Shown piece after piece: positions 61,430 to 64,000 of a DNA stretch of 64,000 bases; position 1 is the stretch's first letter; the number at the start of each line of letters is the position of its first letter. The position numbers were made by a program, and so were the translations under genes. This DNA is from Alphaproteobacteria bacterium (GTDB lineage: Bacteria; Pseudomonadota; Alphaproteobacteria; JAAXGF01). The stretch lies in contig CAUVXB020000001.1 in assembly GCA_963555825.3 (NCBI GenBank), positions 1,088,001 through 1,152,000 of the forward strand, read 5' to 3'. The notes under the pieces were generated by a model that made no database searches, was not told where the DNA came from, and worked only from the letters and a program-made list of their open reading frames with translations.

Positions 61430-63115
61430 ATGATGAGTGATTATTATGATCTGGGCGATTACCAGCGCCCGATAACCACTGCCTCGCCCGACGCCCATCT
61501 ATGGTTCAACCGCGGCCTAATCTGGTGTTACGCGTTCAACCAGGAAGAAGGCGTGCGATGTTTCCGCCGCGCCGCCGAGTTCGACCCCGACTGCGCCATC
61601 GCCTACTGGGGCGTCGCTTACGCCAAGGGGCCATTCTACAACCTGTTGTGGACCGATTTCACGGCGAGCGAGCTCGAGGACGTCGTCGTCACCTGCCACG
61701 AAGCCGCAGGGCGGGCGCTGGCGCTCAGCGGCCGCGTCTCGCCGGTCGAACAGGCGCTGATCCGGGCGTTGACCCAGCGCTACCAATCAGACCGAGTCGT
61801 CGGCTACGACGTCTTACAGACCTGGATAGACGACTACGCGGTAGCCATGGCCGAAGTTTATGCCGCGTTCCCCGAAGACTTCGACGTCATCGCGCTCTAC
61901 GCCGAGGCCCTGATGACCCGGACGCCCTGGAGGCTGTGGGATGTCGACAAGGGCGTCCCGGCCGAGGGCGCCGACACGCTCGAGGCAATCGCCGTGCTCG
62001 AGCGCGGCATGCGGCTGGTCGAGGAACGCGGCGCCGAGCCGCATGCCGGTATGGTGCACATGTACATCCATGCCATGGAGATGTCGCCGACCCCTGAAAT
62101 TGCGCTGCCCGCGACGGATGCGCTGCGCGATCTGGTGCCCGACGGCGGACACCTGCGTCACATGCCGTCACACATCGACGTGCTGTGCGGCCGCTATGTC
62201 GAGGCGATTACCGCCAACGACAAGGCGATCGCCGCCGACAAGAAGTTTCTCGACCTTGCCGGTCCGCATGATTTCTACATGACGTCGTGCTGCCACGATT
62301 TTCATCTCAAGATGTACGCGGCGATGTTCGCCGGCCGATTCCAATCGGCGCTCGATGCCGCCGACGGTCTCGCCGAAATGCTCACCGAGGACGTGCTGCG
62401 CAACGACCAGCCCTACACGGCGGCCACACTCGAAGGCTATTACTCGATGAAGATGCACGTGCTGGTGCGCTTCGGCAAATGGCGGGAGATCGTCGACACA
62501 CCGCTGCCCACCGACGCCGAGCTCTACTGCGTCACGGTCACCATGCACCACTACGCCAAGGGCGTCGCCAACGCGGCATTGGGCAACATCGAGGCCGCCG
62601 AACGGGAAAAGATCGCCTTCGAGGCGGCCGTCGCGAACATCGCGAACGACCGTTTCTTCTTCAACAACTTCGCCACCGATATCATGGACGTCGCCCGCGC
62701 GATGCTGGATGGCGAGCTGGCCTACCGGAAGGGCGACTACGACGACGCCTTTGCCGATCTGCGTCAGGCGGCGGCACTCAGCGACCGGCTGCATTACACC
62801 GAGCCCTGGGCCTGGATGCATCCGCCCAGGCACGCGCTCGGCGCCCTGCTTCTCGAGCGGGGTCACGTCGAGGAGGCGGAGCGCGTCTATGCCGCCGATC
62901 TCGGGCTGACCGACGAATTGAACCGCTGCTGCCAGCATCCGGGCAACGTCTGGAGCCTGCACGGTTATGTCGAGTGCCTCAGGCGGCAACAGAGGGACGC
63001 CGAGGCCGACGCCATCCAACCCCGGCTCGACGCCGCGTTGGCAACATGTGATGTGCCGATCGGCGCGTCCTGTTGTTGCCGTGGCACGACGCTCGCGGAC
63101 GGCCGCGGCGCATGA
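61430..63115 (+). CDS. TPR-containing protein with His/Cys motifs
   Basis: WFNRGLIWCYAFN, HMYIH, HMPSHI, HPGNVWSLHG, C-terminal SCCCR. Confidence 0.8.
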   Translation: MMSDYYDLGDYQRPITTASPDAHLWFNRGLIWCYAFNQEEGVRCFRRAAEFDPDCAIAYWGVAYAKGPFYNLLWTDFTASELEDVVVTCHEAAGRALALSGRVSPVEQALIRALTQRYQSDRVVGYDVLQTWIDDYAVAMAEVYAAFPEDFDVIALYAEALMTRTPWRLWDVDKGVPAEGADTLEAIAVLERGMRLVEERGAEPHAGMVHMYIHAMEMSPTPEIALPATDALRDLVPDGGHLRHMPSHIDVLCGRYVEAITANDKAIAADKKFLDLAGPHDFYMTSCCHDFHLKMYAAMFAGRFQSALDAADGLAEMLTEDVLRNDQPYTAATLEGYYSMKMHVLVRFGKWREIVDTPLPTDAELYCVTVTMHHYAKGVANAALGNIEAAEREKIAFEAAVANIANDRFFFNNFATDIMDVARAMLDGELAYRKGDYDDAFADLRQAAALSDRLHYTEPWAWMHPPRHALGALLLERGHVEEAERVYAADLGLTDELNRCCQHPGNVWSLHGYVECLRRQQRDAEADAIQPRLDAALATCDVPIGASCCCRGTTLADGRGA

Positions 63116-63948
63116 GCCGGAGCGGCGACCGGAAATCGATCCGTGTCGGCGCGGCCCAGTTCGATGCGGTCGCGGGCGACATCGCCGCGAACATCGCCGC
63201 GCATGAACGATTGATTGACGACGCCGGCAGCCGCGGCGTCGAAGTGCTGGTCTTTCCCGAACTCTCGCTCACGGGCTACGCCTCGCCGCTCGACGATGCT
63301 GGCTCGGCGCGCCACGTGATTGATCCGGGCGGGCCGGACCTCGGACCAATCGAGGACGCCTGCCGAAGAAACCGGGTCGTCGCCGTCGTCGGCGCCAGCA
63401 TCAACACCACGGCCGGGCTGGGACTCGCCGCCTTCGTCGTCGATCGACGGGGCCGGGTTTGCGCGACCTACGTCAAGCAGCACCTCGACGGCCACGAGAA
63501 GGACTGGTTCGTACCGGGCACGACGAGATGCCTGATCGAGGTCGATGGCTGGCGGCTGGCGCTCGGCATCTGCTACGACGCAAGCTTTCCGGAACACGGC
63601 CGCGGATTGGCGCTCGAAGGTGCCGACGCCTATCTGGTGTCGGGCGCGTTCCCGCTCGGCGATTCTGATCACCGGCGATCGGTCTATTTTCCGGCTCGCG
63701 CCTTGGAAAACACCGTCTACGTCGCCTTCGCGAACTTCGTTGGCGGCCATGACGGGCGGCAATACTGCGGGCGAAGCGCCGTCCATGGCCCAGACGGCCG
63801 CCTGCTCGCCGAGGCCAGCCCCGATCGACCCGGCATGGCGGTGGCCGAGTTCGACCCCGAGCACCTACGGCAGGTCCGCGAATCGCTGCCCATGCTCGCC
63901 GACCGCCGCGCGGACCCCGCGCCAATCCAAACGAGCAGGGCTCAGTAG
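63112..63948 (+). CDS. Carbon-nitrogen hydrolase (nitrilase family)
   Basis: E-K-C triad: FPEL, YVKQHL, ICYD; ATGA overlap with the upstream gene. Confidence 0.92.
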   Translation: MSRSGDRKSIRVGAAQFDAVAGDIAANIAAHERLIDDAGSRGVEVLVFPELSLTGYASPLDDAGSARHVIDPGGPDLGPIEDACRRNRVVAVVGASINTTAGLGLAAFVVDRRGRVCATYVKQHLDGHEKDWFVPGTTRCLIEVDGWRLALGICYDASFPEHGRGLALEGADAYLVSGAFPLGDSDHRRSVYFPARALENTVYVAFANFVGGHDGRQYCGRSAVHGPDGRLLAEASPDRPGMAVAEFDPEHLRQVRESLPMLADRRADPAPIQTSRAQ

Positions 63949-64000
63949 CGACCGGTCACCGCGGCGATAACGAGGCGCAGCTTGCGGCCGAGGCCCGAGG

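Overview
GC-rich alphaproteobacterial chromosome (Rhodospirillales-like gene order; taxon is inference). The housekeeping backbone is folK-rpoZ-spoT-pyrE-DUF2062-pdxJ-acpS-lepB-rnc-era, smpB/dapA/slt, cysK-alaX-sseA, aapJQMP, bioY, metC, zur-znuCB/znuA, tRNA-Arg(TCT), tRNA-Pro(TGG), rpiA and trmFO. Nine IS copies from five families (2x IS1380, IS630, 3x IS3, 2x ISKra4/ISLre2-like, IS21) cover about 13.8 kb (about 21%), two of them nested in other IS. The most interesting signal lies just downstream of era. An 87-aa two-TM membrane protein and the N-terminus of the adjacent STAND/NLR-type ATPase share a 20-aa beta-prone motif (KARDISGVVVxGDVHGxxTQ; 17/20 aa identical, with 11 of those 17 codons differing synonymously). 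This is the architecture of NLR amyloid-signalling pairs, here with an apparently non-Bell membrane effector. The NLR gene is split by IS630 (carrying IS3) and again by IS1380. Other oddities are an IS3-family element with a 14-bp palindromic target duplication and an RBS-sequestering hairpin, a 144-bp-repeat TPR gene with a poly-A frameshift and IS-associated deletion, and several gene remnants. All family assignments come from motif recognition, not database searches.
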